The translations under genes and the position numbers were made by a program. A stretch of DNA of 64,000 nucleotides from Candidatus Heimdallarchaeota archaeon. Its GTDB lineage: Archaea > Asgardarchaeota > Heimdallarchaeia > JABLTI01. Below are positions 47,990 to 58,524 of the stretch, one piece after another. The DNA lies in assembly GCA_019056785.1 (NCBI GenBank), contig DXJV01000062.1, forward strand, positions 1 through 64,000. Direction: 5' to 3'. Numbering within the stretch: position 1 is the stretch's first letter; every line of letters begins with the position of its first letter. The notes beneath the pieces are model-generated. The model worked only from the letters and a program-made list of their open reading frames with translations. It was not told where the DNA came from and did no database searches.

Positions 47990-49712
47990 TTTCTTTCCCT
48001 CTGTTTTCTAAGTAAAAAGTCGATGAGTATTGTTGTTCCTGTTGTTGTTATTCCCAGGCCGAAGCCGATAAGGGCGTTTCTTGCTACTATTCCTAAGATT
48101 GTTGGCTTTTCAAAAATAACGACCAGCACATCATCTGTCACTTCTCCCCAGCCATCTCTGGCTTCGAAATGATAGGAGTAGTTTCCTAATTCAGGATGTT
48201 CTAAAGTGAATATTATGGGCTCATCTGTTACCCAATTCCCGCTTTGAAGCATTTCTCCGTTGTGATAGGTGACGTATTTTGGTTTTGTTACATTTCGGTC
48301 AGATACGGTCCATGATAAAATCTTTTGAGGGTCATTTAGATAGAAATACGTAATATCTGTTGGTTTGTTAACAAATTGTAGAAATGGTGCAGGAGTTTTT
48401 CATGACCAATTGTATAGAAGATATCAATGTCGCTTTCTGATCCTCCCAGATTAATTGTTCTATATCTTAATAGATGAGGTGGATTTTATCTTCTGAATCA
48501 ATGGCCACTTCCGGGCGCTAAGGGTCATTAGAGCTGCTTGAGAGCACTTGATAGTTGCTCCATTCTTGTGCTGTACTATTATAGCTTCGATAAAAAATAT
48601 CCTGGTTGGTTCCCGCATTTAAAATATCGGTTGTGTCGAACCAGAAGGCATGAAGAATCTCTTTTGAGTCGAGGATTATTGTTGGGACATTTGAATTTCC
48701 ATCACTTTGATCTGAAAACAAAGCTACACTCCCCCAGCTTTTTATTGTAGCATTCCAAATGCGATAGAAAATGTCGTCATCCAGTCTTGCCCCCAAAATA
48801 TTCGAGCTATCAGTCCACACGATGAATTTATTGTTGGAACTATCAATTGCGATTTTTCCTCATTCAGAGTCACTATTACTACTCGAGATAACTTCTGTTG
48901 TCCCCCACAACCCCGTTGTTAAACCGATAAAAGGTATCCATATCTATTCCCGCACCTGCATAATCACCTGCATCTCCCTAGCAAATGTGGATATTATTAT
49001 CCGCATCTATAGCCAAATCTGCAAACCTCTAGGTTTCATCGCTAATCGTTGAAATTGTTTCTGCTTCTGTCCATGTACCATTTACATACCTTACAGCAAA
49101 AAGGATGTCCTCATCTGGGCCATTTCCAAGATAATTGGTTATATCTTGCCAGGCAACATAGACCTTCCCCTCTTTTGTTATCAAGTCACAGTCATACACC
49201 TCAGCAGTACTGTTAAAGGAAACTAATTCAATTGCTCCCCATGTTTTTGTTGTTCCATTCCATAACCGATAAAAAATATCCGAATCGCTTCCCAAGCCGA
49301 GAATATTTATTTTGTCTTTCCAGATTATATGAACATTCCCCAACTCATCTGCAGCAATTCTAGGGTCAGTTGAGCCAAAGGTCCCTGAAGGCGAGAGCAC
49401 AACTGTTTCTGACTATTTTGCTGAGGTGGCGTTCCAGTATTTATAAAAAATGTCATTATCTGTTCCAGCCCCACCGAGATTCGTTATATCTTGCCAAACT
49501 ATATGAATGCTGTTATTTGTATTAATTGCAATGTTAGGTCGTAAGGAACGTTCGGTGCTTTCATTTGAAATTACAATTGCGGTTGTCCAGATGAAAAGTT
49601 TTGGTTGCATCGACTCAAGAAGTTTCACCGTTCTTTCTTGAGCTGAAATTCCTATTGTCATTCCACTCCCAATTAAAACAACAATCAAAGTTGTCAGGAG
49701 AATTTTTCTCAT
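47986..49712 (-). pseudogene. Decayed repeat-containing (beta-propeller-like) surface protein with C-terminal TM
   Basis: Fragments share a repeat (IHIVWQD..GTDNDIFYKYWN, VHIIWKD..SDSDIFYRLWN, VAWQD..PDEDILF, FWFD..TNQDIFYRSYN) and are separated by several stops and frameshifts. Signal peptide MRKILL starts at 49712. Confidence 0.8.
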
Positions 49713-49984
49713 TTGACTCTTTTTTTGGGGGACATAACTGTTAACCCTTTCTAAAGTTAATAAATTTTCCAATTTAATTATCAAGTATGAAGTCGTTTTT
49801 TATGTTTGATTTTCTTGCCAATTCTATATGGCAGTTCACATTTGACCTCTATCAGTGTCTGGAGAAAAGCATACTCTGATTATGTGGGAAATATTTATTA
49901 AAAAAAGAACTGTTTTCTTCAAAAGAATTTGGGAAAAAGTCATATTCTCCAAAATAATTATTTTGTGTAGAGGAGATCACTCAT

Positions 49985-51451
49985 TTGTTGCGGCCAAGCA
50001 GTTTGATTGAACCAACGAAAATAACTCCCAAACCGGAACGTATTGCTTCCCTTGACTTCCAGAGAGGGCTTGCTATTTGGATTATGACTTTCTTACATAC
50101 TTTTGAGCATGTCTATAATTATAATTGGGTCAAAGAAAACCCTGAACAAATTTTCTCACTTCCTAAAATTGTCATTTTCATTGGGTTATTTGTTGGCTTT
50201 TTTGCCAGTTGGAATGCCTATTTTTTGCTTATTTCTTCCGTGGTCAATTCTCTGTCGATGACTAAAAAAGCTGCAAATGGTGTCCCCCCAAAACGCATTT
50301 TAAGAAAACAATTAGTTACGGGTTTTAGCATCCTTCTCATTGGTTACCTGGACAACTGTTTTGGTTATGCCGGTTATTTTGGTCTTTCTATTCGTACCGG
50401 TGATTGGTCTAATTTCTATCCCATGTGGAGTGGTTTTTTTGCCATGTATACTTTGCAAATAATCGGCTTTTCGATGATTATTAATGGGATCATTCATTAT
50501 TTTCTCATACGTAATGGCGGTCATAAGAAATTTAGAAGGAATATGCTTACTTACTTTTTCCTTGCTCTTTTTATCATTATTCTCAGTCCATTTGTTCATC
50601 ACTGGGTAGATAACATGCCCTGGGAGCCCCTAAAATACCTCCCCCCAGAAATAGGCTTGGGAGACCACCAAAACTGGCCCAGTATTCATTTCCAAGCGAG
50701 TAATGCTTCTTTTAAAGGCTGGCTCATGACTTTGTTTGCAGGCGATTATGAACCTCTTTTTCCCTTTCTTGCAACCTCTTTTGCCGGTTCAATGGTAGGA
50801 CTTGCTCTAGCTCAACCAAAGCCGTATCGCCGGTTACCTTTAATGGGTGGTGTCATTTCTTTTGGGTTGATGACGCTGGGAGTGATTTTCATTACAGCTG
50901 GTTTTATCACACTCGGGAACAATCGTCCTGCTTTGGGAAACTTTTTACTCATGCTTGGAGGACAGCTTGGGGTGATTTTTTTGTTACTTGGACTAGTTGA
51001 ATACCGTGGCAGAGGAGAGAAATTTGCAAACCGCCGCATTGTGAAACATTTACGCCTTTGGGGGATGATCTCTCTTTCAATTTATGTTCTTGCAATTTTT
51101 GATCTCTTTCCCCGGTGGTGTTTAAGTGCTATATACAATCTTATCTATTCCTCTAACATAAACCTCATGCAATCATCTCTCTTCGGTTATGGAAAGGAAT
51201 TACAAGCTCTTGGAGTGGCTGTTTTCGTAATTTTTACTTATGAGCTTCTTGTCTATCTCTGGTCAAAAAATGATTTCAAATATAGTTTCGAATGGTTTGT
51301 GATCCAGTTACAAACTCTTGGTTCAGCAATTGTTTCTTCACGGTTAAATGTTGATCTAATTATCAATCAAACTCATTGGATTAATTATAAACTAAAGGTT
51401 AGTTCTCCTTCTGAGTTGCCTACTGATAAATTGTTAATTAATGATAGCTGA
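49985..51451 (+). CDS. Multi-TM acyltransferase (HGSNAT/DUF1624-like)
   Basis: RIASLDFQRGLAIWIM..H, TLQIIG, PLFPF and GMISLSIY. Confidence 0.7.
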   Translation: MLRPSSLIEPTKITPKPERIASLDFQRGLAIWIMTFLHTFEHVYNYNWVKENPEQIFSLPKIVIFIGLFVGFFASWNAYFLLISSVVNSLSMTKKAANGVPPKRILRKQLVTGFSILLIGYLDNCFGYAGYFGLSIRTGDWSNFYPMWSGFFAMYTLQIIGFSMIINGIIHYFLIRNGGHKKFRRNMLTYFFLALFIIILSPFVHHWVDNMPWEPLKYLPPEIGLGDHQNWPSIHFQASNASFKGWLMTLFAGDYEPLFPFLATSFAGSMVGLALAQPKPYRRLPLMGGVISFGLMTLGVIFITAGFITLGNNRPALGNFLLMLGGQLGVIFLLLGLVEYRGRGEKFANRRIVKHLRLWGMISLSIYVLAIFDLFPRWCLSAIYNLIYSSNINLMQSSLFGYGKELQALGVAVFVIFTYELLVYLWSKNDFKYSFEWFVIQLQTLGSAIVSSRLNVDLIINQTHWINYKLKVSSPSELPTDKLLINDS

Positions 51452-51634
51452 TGGGACTTGCGAGTTTTTTTAATGCTCGGCAGTTTTGCTATAATCTCAG
51501 CTTTTTTTCGCTAGTGGTTTTTTAGTATTTAAATTTAAGTGAAAATAAAGCGAAATCTCTCGTATCAAAATAGCTTCTATAAAAGCCAAATGCTTAAAAT
51601 TTTGAACATCTACCTTTTATTGTAGGTAAGAAAA

Positions 51635-52735
51635 ATGCCATCTCAACAACGCCCTTGTTTACGCTCTCTCGGTTTTTCTGTTGGTTTGTTGCCACCTGGA
51701 ACTTTGAATGCCATTACTGATGTTCCTGGAGTTTTAGTTGGGCATTCAACCATAATCGAAGGTGAGGGGAAGCTTGTTCCTGGTAAGGGGCCTATACGCA
51801 CCGGTGTTACTGTAATCCTCCCGCATTCAGAAAACATTTACCGGCAAAAGGTTCCGGCAAGTTCATTCGTTTTAAATGGCTACGGTAAAACTATTGGGTT
51901 AGTGCAAATTGAGGAGCTTGGATATCTCGAGTCAATCATTGCATTAACAAACACTCTTAATGTCCCATTGGTGGCTAATGCTCTCATCGATTATCATCTC
52001 GAAACCAATCCGGACATTGGTATTAACACTTCTTCTATTAATGTTGTTGTGGCAGAATGTAATGATGGTTATCTAAATGACATTCAAGGCAGGCATGTGA
52101 AAAAAGCGCATGTTTTTGAAGCCATTAAAAATGCTTCTCAAATTGTTACTGAGGGTGCTGTGGGGGCAGGCACTGGCATGAGTGCTTTTGGTTTTAAAGG
52201 AGGGATAGGCACGGCATCAAGAATTGTTTCTACTCATGAGGATCAATTCATTCTGGGCGTTCTTGTTCTCACAAACTTTGGTCGGAAAAAGGATTTACTG
52301 TTTCTTGGGCATCGGTTCCTTGAACTTTTATCACCACCGGTTACTGATGATAATTTTAATGCTCCTGCTGGTTCTATCATCGTCGTACTTGCTACTAATG
52401 CTCCCTTAACCTCGAGACAATTAAAACGACTTGCCAAACGCATTCCCTTAGGGATAGCCCGAACCGGTGGGATGGCTGCCCATTACTCGGGTGATATAAT
52501 AATTGCTTTTTCAACAGCAAATAAACTACTTCATGATTCTGATGAGATCTTTAAAACTTTAACAATCGTTCGTGACTCGAGTAAATTGTTTGGTGAGCTA
52601 CTGCAGGCAGCTGTGGAAGCTACAGAAGAAGCCATTCTTAATTCGCTCTTAAAGGCACAAACTATTGTCGGAAGGGATGGACACCAAAAAACTGCTCTCC
52701 CACTTAATGTTCTTCAGCAGTTAAAAGAAAAATAA
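51635..52735 (+). CDS. dmpA: P1/S58 family aminopeptidase (DmpA-like)
   Basis: NAITDVPGVLVGH, RTGVT, ECNDG, EGAVGAGTGM, GFKGGIGTASR and the GSII cleavage site. Confidence 0.92.
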   Translation: MPSQQRPCLRSLGFSVGLLPPGTLNAITDVPGVLVGHSTIIEGEGKLVPGKGPIRTGVTVILPHSENIYRQKVPASSFVLNGYGKTIGLVQIEELGYLESIIALTNTLNVPLVANALIDYHLETNPDIGINTSSINVVVAECNDGYLNDIQGRHVKKAHVFEAIKNASQIVTEGAVGAGTGMSAFGFKGGIGTASRIVSTHEDQFILGVLVLTNFGRKKDLLFLGHRFLELLSPPVTDDNFNAPAGSIIVVLATNAPLTSRQLKRLAKRIPLGIARTGGMAAHYSGDIIIAFSTANKLLHDSDEIFKTLTIVRDSSKLFGELLQAAVEATEEAILNSLLKAQTIVGRDGHQKTALPLNVLQQLKEK

Positions 52736-52779
52736 TCATTCGTTAAAAGACTTATAAAATGGATCGCTCTGAGAAAGCA

Positions 52780-53010
52780 TTATACTTCTACGACAAGAAT
52801 AATCTCTACTGGGCATTCTTCTTCTGCTTGTTTTGCTAAGTCAATTTTGTCGTCGTCAAAAGTTCCTTTCGATATTTCTGCGGTTGTTTCGCCATTAATT
52901 ACTTGTGAAATGCCATTATTGTCGGATTCGAAATGACTTGGGTCAACATTCCAGCAGTTGCCGCATTGAATACACTCTGCTCTTTTAATTACGATCTGGT
53001 ATTTGGTCAT
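52780..53010 (-). CDS. Single-cluster ferredoxin
   Basis: CIQCGNC and CPV motifs in 76 aa. Confidence 0.88.
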   Translation of the reverse strand: MTKYQIVIKRAECIQCGNCWNVDPSHFESDNNGISQVINGETTAEISKGTFDDDKIDLAKQAEEECPVEIILVVEV

Positions 53011-53088
53011 TACTTCTCCTCAGTTGTTTATATTCGCCCAATCAGCCATTTTTTCTTTATCAGGAGGAATGTTCGTAAATGGATGCGG

Positions 53089-53748
53089 TTAATTATTCAA
53101 AAATTTCACAATGACCTTTTTCACATCTTTTCGATGCTCAATTTTCTCTTGTATCTCTTTTTTGACATTATTAGCAAATTGATGATCTTCAGGCAAGTCG
53201 ACCGTTATTTCGATAATTTTCCCATCACTGCCATTTTTAATTGAGATATTCGAGATAAGGTTTGTTCGAATAACATCAAGACCTGTTAAGGGATTCATTA
53301 CATGCCGTAATCGCCGTTTTACGACTTCTTCCGTTGTCGGTTCGACCTCGTGAATGATGCCGTGGCGTTCTTCATAGTTTCGTATTGCTTCTCGTAATGA
53401 GGAGACCGCTAAAACAGAACAATGTGCTTTCACTGCTGGAAGACCGCCTAATTCTTCTGAGGCAGATTTCCAGGAAATTTTCTTGGCTTCATCTATTGTT
53501 TTGCCTTTTGCCATTTCTGTAATTATCGAACCGGTAGCGATATTAGACGCGCAGCCATAGCTTTTGAATTTAATGTCCGTGATTCGTTTTGTTTTCTCAT
53601 CGACTTTTAAAGTCAGTTGGACCATATCACCACATGCAGGGCTTCCTTCTATGGCCTTTCCATCGGGGTTCTCAATTTCCCCAACGTTTCTAGGGTTTTT
53701 GAAATGCTCTAAAACTTTTTTGGTGTAAGGTAGTTTTATCTTACTCAT
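53089..53748 (-). CDS. iscU: IscU/NifU Fe-S scaffold fused to a C-terminal DUF59/SufT-like domain
   Basis: HFKNPRNVG, ACGD, YGCAS and LPAVKAHCS; C-terminal 'LRHVMNPLTGLDVI'. Confidence 0.9.
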   Translation of the reverse strand: MSKIKLPYTKKVLEHFKNPRNVGEIENPDGKAIEGSPACGDMVQLTLKVDEKTKRITDIKFKSYGCASNIATGSIITEMAKGKTIDEAKKISWKSASEELGGLPAVKAHCSVLAVSSLREAIRNYEERHGIIHEVEPTTEEVVKRRLRHVMNPLTGLDVIRTNLISNISIKNGSDGKIIEITVDLPEDHQFANNVKKEIQEKIEHRKDVKKVIVKFLNN

Positions 53749-53753
53749 TCCTC

Positions 53754-54917
53754 CTATTTGTTGCTAAGCGGACTTATTTCTCTTAAATTTTTTACTATTT
53801 CTGATATAATTTCTACTACTTTATCTACTTCTTTTTGCTTATTAAATCGTCCGAAAGTGAATCTAATTGACCCATGGGCTCGTTCATGGTCGCCACCAAT
53901 GCCCATAATCACATGACTTGCCTCTAGGGATTTACTGAAGCAAGCTGAGCCGGTGCTTACAGCAATGCCATGCATATCAAGGTGTAAAGTTATTGATTCT
54001 CCTTCTACGAAATGGAATGTAATATTGGCATTTTGTGGCGTTCGCTTCGTTCGGTGGCCATTGAGTGTGACATCCGGCACTTGTTTAAAGACTTTGTCAA
54101 TCAATCTATCTCGAAGTTGTTTTAACCGTTCATTTTCTTCTGCAGTTATCAATTCTACTGCTTTTGCGAAGCCAACTGCACCTGGTATATTCTCAACACC
54201 TGGACGAAGGTTGAATTCTTGAAAGCCACCATCTAAGTGTTTTTTAATGGGAGTGTTTTTCCGCACAAAGAGGGCTCCAATTCCCCGGGGTCCGTGGATG
54301 GTATGAGCCGAGAGAGTTAAAAGATCGACGGGGAGTTTTTCAATATTAATCGCCACTCGGCCAAAAGTGTGTGTGGCATCTGAATGGAACAAGACTTTTT
54401 TCTCTTGACTAATCTCTGCGATAGCTTGTATATTTTGCAGGGTTCCAATTTCTTGATTAGCGTGTTGGATAGAAATTAGCACCGTTTCAGGAGTGATCGC
54501 ATTTTGTAATGCTTCCAGATCAATGAACCCCTCACCATCAACAGGCAGATAGGTCGCCTTATATCCCTCGCGTTCTAATGCCTTCGCAGAATTAAGGACC
54601 GGAAAGTCTTCAATAGTTGAAACAATAATATGTTTGCCTTTTTTCTTATTTGCCCGGAGCACGCCTTTTATTGCCAGATTACTGGACTCCGTGCTCCCTG
54701 AGGTGAAGACAATTTCTTCTGCTGTTGCTTCGAGTTTTTTTGCAATTTTTTCTCTTGAATCATCTAACGCTTCTCGTGCTTCTATGCCTAAGGTATAAGC
54801 GAATTCCGAGGTAGCCACAGCATAGGTATCAAAATAATACTGTTTCATTGCTTCTAATACTCGTTCATCAAGGCGTGTGCTTGCTGAATTGTCTAAATAA
54901 ATTAATTCATTTGCCAT
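53754..54917 (-). CDS. iscS: Cysteine desulfurase (IscS/NifS family) with atypical PLP-lysine motif
   Basis: YLDNSAST, FTSGSTES, HSDATH and STGSAC. The usual SAHK motif reads SAHT. Confidence 0.85.
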   Translation of the reverse strand: MANELIYLDNSASTRLDERVLEAMKQYYFDTYAVATSEFAYTLGIEAREALDDSREKIAKKLEATAEEIVFTSGSTESSNLAIKGVLRANKKKGKHIIVSTIEDFPVLNSAKALEREGYKATYLPVDGEGFIDLEALQNAITPETVLISIQHANQEIGTLQNIQAIAEISQEKKVLFHSDATHTFGRVAINIEKLPVDLLTLSAHTIHGPRGIGALFVRKNTPIKKHLDGGFQEFNLRPGVENIPGAVGFAKAVELITAEENERLKQLRDRLIDKVFKQVPDVTLNGHRTKRTPQNANITFHFVEGESITLHLDMHGIAVSTGSACFSKSLEASHVIMGIGGDHERAHGSIRFTFGRFNKQKEVDKVVEIISEIVKNLREISPLSNK

Positions 54918-54973
54918 TTTTTCATCATCTCATTCATTATCTTTGAACAGTATGCAGGGTGATTCCTTCGATC

Positions 54974-55348
54974 TTAGGCATAGACCCCTACAGAACAGCA
55001 TTCAGTTATTACCTTTTCGCTTAAATCTTCTTTTTTTAGCATTATAATTTCCAAAATCATGTCTTTAGTGAATGTTTTTTCCTGAAGTCCCTTAAAGTCA
55101 ACTAATTGGTGTCCAACAAGTGGATTATTTGCTTTAATTGTCTCCAAGCTAATTGTCAATTCTCCAACTCCTGCCAACTTCTGAAAGTCTAATTTTTGGC
55201 TAAGGGGGGCTTTTAATGTAATAACTTCGTCAAGAGAAACGTTTCGCATGGCTTTATTTGCTTCCGGAAGTAGTGGCAGACAAGTTGCTCCTAAACGATT
55301 GTCTCTTACTGTTTTTTTGGCTCCGATATTAACCATGATTGGTTTCAC
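54974..55348 (-). pseudogene. Degenerate TusA + DsrE/DsrF/DrsH-like fusion
   Basis: N-terminal DNRLGATCLPLLPEANKAM resembles TusA DxRGxxCPxP. C-terminal MLKKEDL..GVYA, with SKESPCILF in the next frame, resembles a DsrE-family C-terminus. Too short for an intact fusion. Confidence 0.5.
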
Positions 55349-55548
55349 ACATTATAACATCTGCCTTTTTAAGATATGAATAAATCCCATTAAAAACTAA
55401 TCTTTTGAAGAAATGAAACTTCAGAGTCTTAAATTTGAATTAGAATAAATGAGAGTGGAGTTTCTGTGGAAGACTCGATCTTTTGAAGTTGGTTTTCAGC
55501 ATTTATATAGATTTAAATAAATCTTTGTTGTTTTACTAATTAACCGGA

Positions 55549-56751
55549 GTGTTTGAGAGTGATGTTGACATGCTAAAGCTTAGGAAAAAAGTTTTGAATA
55601 TTCTTGTTCTTTTCATTATTATTTACAATTTTAGTTTATATGATGCTTTGGGGAAGAATAGTGCCTTACTTTTAGAAGAGGAACCATTGGAAGTTCCAAT
55701 CGGTAATTTCACAAATTTTAATTTAATTTTTGATAATGATAAAATTACCAGTATAAATTCCATTTCACAAATTTATTTCCAAGGTGGAGATATCCCTTCG
55801 TTCTATGCCGGCCCTCCTGTTAATTGGTTTTCTCCGGAGAAATACTTGCTCAGTCTCGAGTCGCTTGTGGGTAACTGCAGCACCTTCACGGTCCAATTTA
55901 AAATTGATTATTATTTTCCAAATGAAACGGGAATTACTAGATTCATTATTTCCTTAGAGTCAAAGTATAATAATAAAGGGGAAAACATCCCGACCGAATT
56001 TTTATCAATTGATCAAACTTATAATAGCATCCGTATGCAAACTGTCAAAGTTTTGGAACGTGTGAAATATTTTCACTTGTCTTCTCCCATAAACGGTTCT
56101 TTTATTTTCAAAATTCAGAAAACAGCCAAGACGCTTAGCTGCTCTTTTTGGGACAGTGATATACAGGTCACAAAAACAAGGAAATGGTCTTCTGGTAATT
56201 ATTATCTTCCACTCCATAATTTTACTTTTGCTTTCTATTCCAAGACTGTGGATAATTCCTTGGTTATTTCTGAGATAAATGGAACTGTTGTTTCAGAGAA
56301 TCTTGATTGGCAATTTTTACGAAAGATGGCGCTGATGTATACTACACTGGAAGCAGTAGCGGTTGCAATTATTATTCTTTTAATATTCTCGTTTTGGATC
56401 AGTAAAATCATTATGAAAAATCGCGCAGAAGCTCGAGCAAGGAGAGAGAACAAAATCGATTTTCAGAAATATATTCAACGAATAAAAACTGCTACACAAA
56501 GAGCCAAACAACGCAAAGCTGAGTTATCTGCTGAAGAACTCGCTTCTTTAACCCCCACTGTTTTTGAAGGTGTGCTAGAAGAGGGCGAAATTTGCATGAT
56601 TTGTAAAATCCGGCTAAGAAAAGATAAAGAAATCCTGCAATGTCCACTTTGTGGTTCACTCTTCCATAAAGAGCATTTGTTAGAATGGTTAACCGAAAAG
56701 GATTCGTGTCCTGTCTGTAAGGAACTTTTGAAACAAAAAAATGATCACTGA
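55549..56751 (+). CDS. Single-pass membrane protein with cytoplasmic RING finger (putative E3 ligase)
   Basis: Signal peptide, roughly 230-aa ectodomain, TM, basic linker, then CMIC-x12-CPLC-x4-H-x2-H..W..CPVC. Confidence 0.8.
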   Translation: MFESDVDMLKLRKKVLNILVLFIIIYNFSLYDALGKNSALLLEEEPLEVPIGNFTNFNLIFDNDKITSINSISQIYFQGGDIPSFYAGPPVNWFSPEKYLLSLESLVGNCSTFTVQFKIDYYFPNETGITRFIISLESKYNNKGENIPTEFLSIDQTYNSIRMQTVKVLERVKYFHLSSPINGSFIFKIQKTAKTLSCSFWDSDIQVTKTRKWSSGNYYLPLHNFTFAFYSKTVDNSLVISEINGTVVSENLDWQFLRKMALMYTTLEAVAVAIIILLIFSFWISKIIMKNRAEARARRENKIDFQKYIQRIKTATQRAKQRKAELSAEELASLTPTVFEGVLEEGEICMICKIRLRKDKEILQCPLCGSLFHKEHLLEWLTEKDSCPVCKELLKQKNDH

Positions 56752-56802
56752 AAAATTGCGATGAGCTAATAAGAGGTGGATAGCTCAGGAAGGGTTTAAA
56801 TC

Positions 56803-57054
56803 TCACCCCTCTTTTTTAAGAGGGATTCGAATGCGAATGATCCATTCATTCCCTTTCTCTTCTACACTCAACAATTCGAGTTTTAAGGCTTTGACGGCCA
56901 TAGGGATTTCTTTTTTAGAGGGAGGATGGTCACCATGAACTTCGATGATGTCTCCTGGCGAAGCTTTCCGGATTGCATTGCGTGTTGCTACCAATGGAAT
57001 GGGGCATGGTTGGCCTTTGCTATTAACAATGTATGTTTTACTGTTAGCAGTCAT
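56803..57054 (-). CDS. tusA: Sulfurtransferase TusA family protein
   Basis: KGQPCPIPL and DHPPSKKEIP in 83 aa. Confidence 0.88.
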   Translation of the reverse strand: MTANSKTYIVNSKGQPCPIPLVATRNAIRKASPGDIIEVHGDHPPSKKEIPMAVKALKLELLSVEEKGNEWIIRIRIPLKKEG

Positions 57055-57210
57055 CTTCGTTCTCCATGTGCTACTTTAGTCAGTTCTCGTTTTTTAATTG
57101 CTTTCCTTATAAAGTAAACTTTGATTTTGTTTTTACTTTATCTTTATTCTTATAAGTGATTATCAGGCAATCTGATTTCGTATTTTTTATTTTGTTTGGT
57201 TAATAACCTT

Positions 57211-58345
57211 TTATGTTGCACAGTAGGAAAGTTTCGCAAGATCTTTAGAGAAGGTGAGCAACGCAAGTTTTAATCCTTCCATTTGTGTTAAATAAGGGAA
57301 GAACTCTTCTGCAATTTCTTCTGTGGGGATGGACTTTTTTTTACTGTGAGCAATGAGGATTGTTGCCAGGCTAATTAATTCTCCGGCATTTTCCGCGAGA
57401 ATATGAGCTCCAACCAATTTTCCCGAGTCTTTCTCCCGCAAGAGTTTGATGAACCCTTTTGTATTATGTGCTGCTAATGCTTGTGGAACATATTCCATTG
57501 GTAAGGTTGTTGTTTCAATACTCATACCTTGTTCTAGTGCTTTCTATTCTGTTACTCCTATTGTTGCTACTTGTGGTTCTGTAAAAATTACTTGGGGAAG
57601 GACAGTGAGGTCTAACACTTTGTTGCTGTTTGTTAAAGCATTTTCTGCTGTGATTTTTCTCCCGGCAACAGCGATTGTTTGTTTGTCAATGAAGTTTGCT
57701 GTGCCGCGAAGGAGTATGATATTTTCGTTTGAGGTAATCACTTCTTTATATTTGCTCTTTCGTAATTTATTCACTAAGTTATCTTTTTGTTGGAGTACTT
57801 TTGGCCATGAAAACGAGATACTCTTTGCAGTAATAGCCGAGAAAGGTTGCTTTTCAAAAATGCATTTAGTTTTTGCCATTTTAATAAGAGTTTTTGAAGG
57901 AATGCAACCTATATTGACACACGTTCCTCCGATAATTCCTTTTTCAATTATAGCAACGCGAAAACCCAGCTCTGCACCTTTTATTGCCGCAAGCCATACC
58001 GGTTCCACTTGTGCCAATAACCACAAGTTCATAGTCAAAAAATTTCAGGGATGCAAATTGTTTTTTTTGTGGAGTAATTTTTTCCCGTGCGGTAATTTTG
58101 GCTTGGTATCCCACTTTGGCAATTGCCTTTTTAATGTCCCCATTATTTACTTCTCGAGTTGTTTGGATAATGCCTGTGCCTTTTTGCCAACCCGGAATAT
58201 TAATTGCAAGTACTCCTTCCATAGCTTCTAAAGCGTTTTTAATATGTGTAACACAAGAAGAGCAAGTTATACCTTGAATTTCTAGGGTTATTGTTTCTAT
58301 TTCTTGTATTCGTTCATTCTTCTTTTGATTTTCTCTGGATTTCAA
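57211..58345 (-). pseudogene. merA: Mercuric reductase with N-terminal HMA domain; frameshifted, internally deleted
   Basis: GITCSSC (HMA), [25 protein letters not shown] and FPYLTQMEGLKLA. The C-terminal SCCA has become SYCA and the NADPH-binding domain is missing. Confidence 0.88.
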
Positions 58346-58524
58346 GTTGCATCCTATAAGTACCTTCTCTTTAATAATTCTTCAAAATACTCATTTAGTT
58401 ATTAAGGAGCAATAGCAATAAAAAGACATAAAATGAAAGCCAGTGAAAAGTTAGTTAATTTAATTTTTCTTTTTAAACAGATTTAAGTAGGATGGTTGTT
58501 ATTAGATTTACAAGTTGAATCTTT

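Noticed and set aside
57446-58231. 261-aa plus-strand ORF
   Set aside because: It is the antisense shadow of the merA pseudogene and has no motifs of its own.
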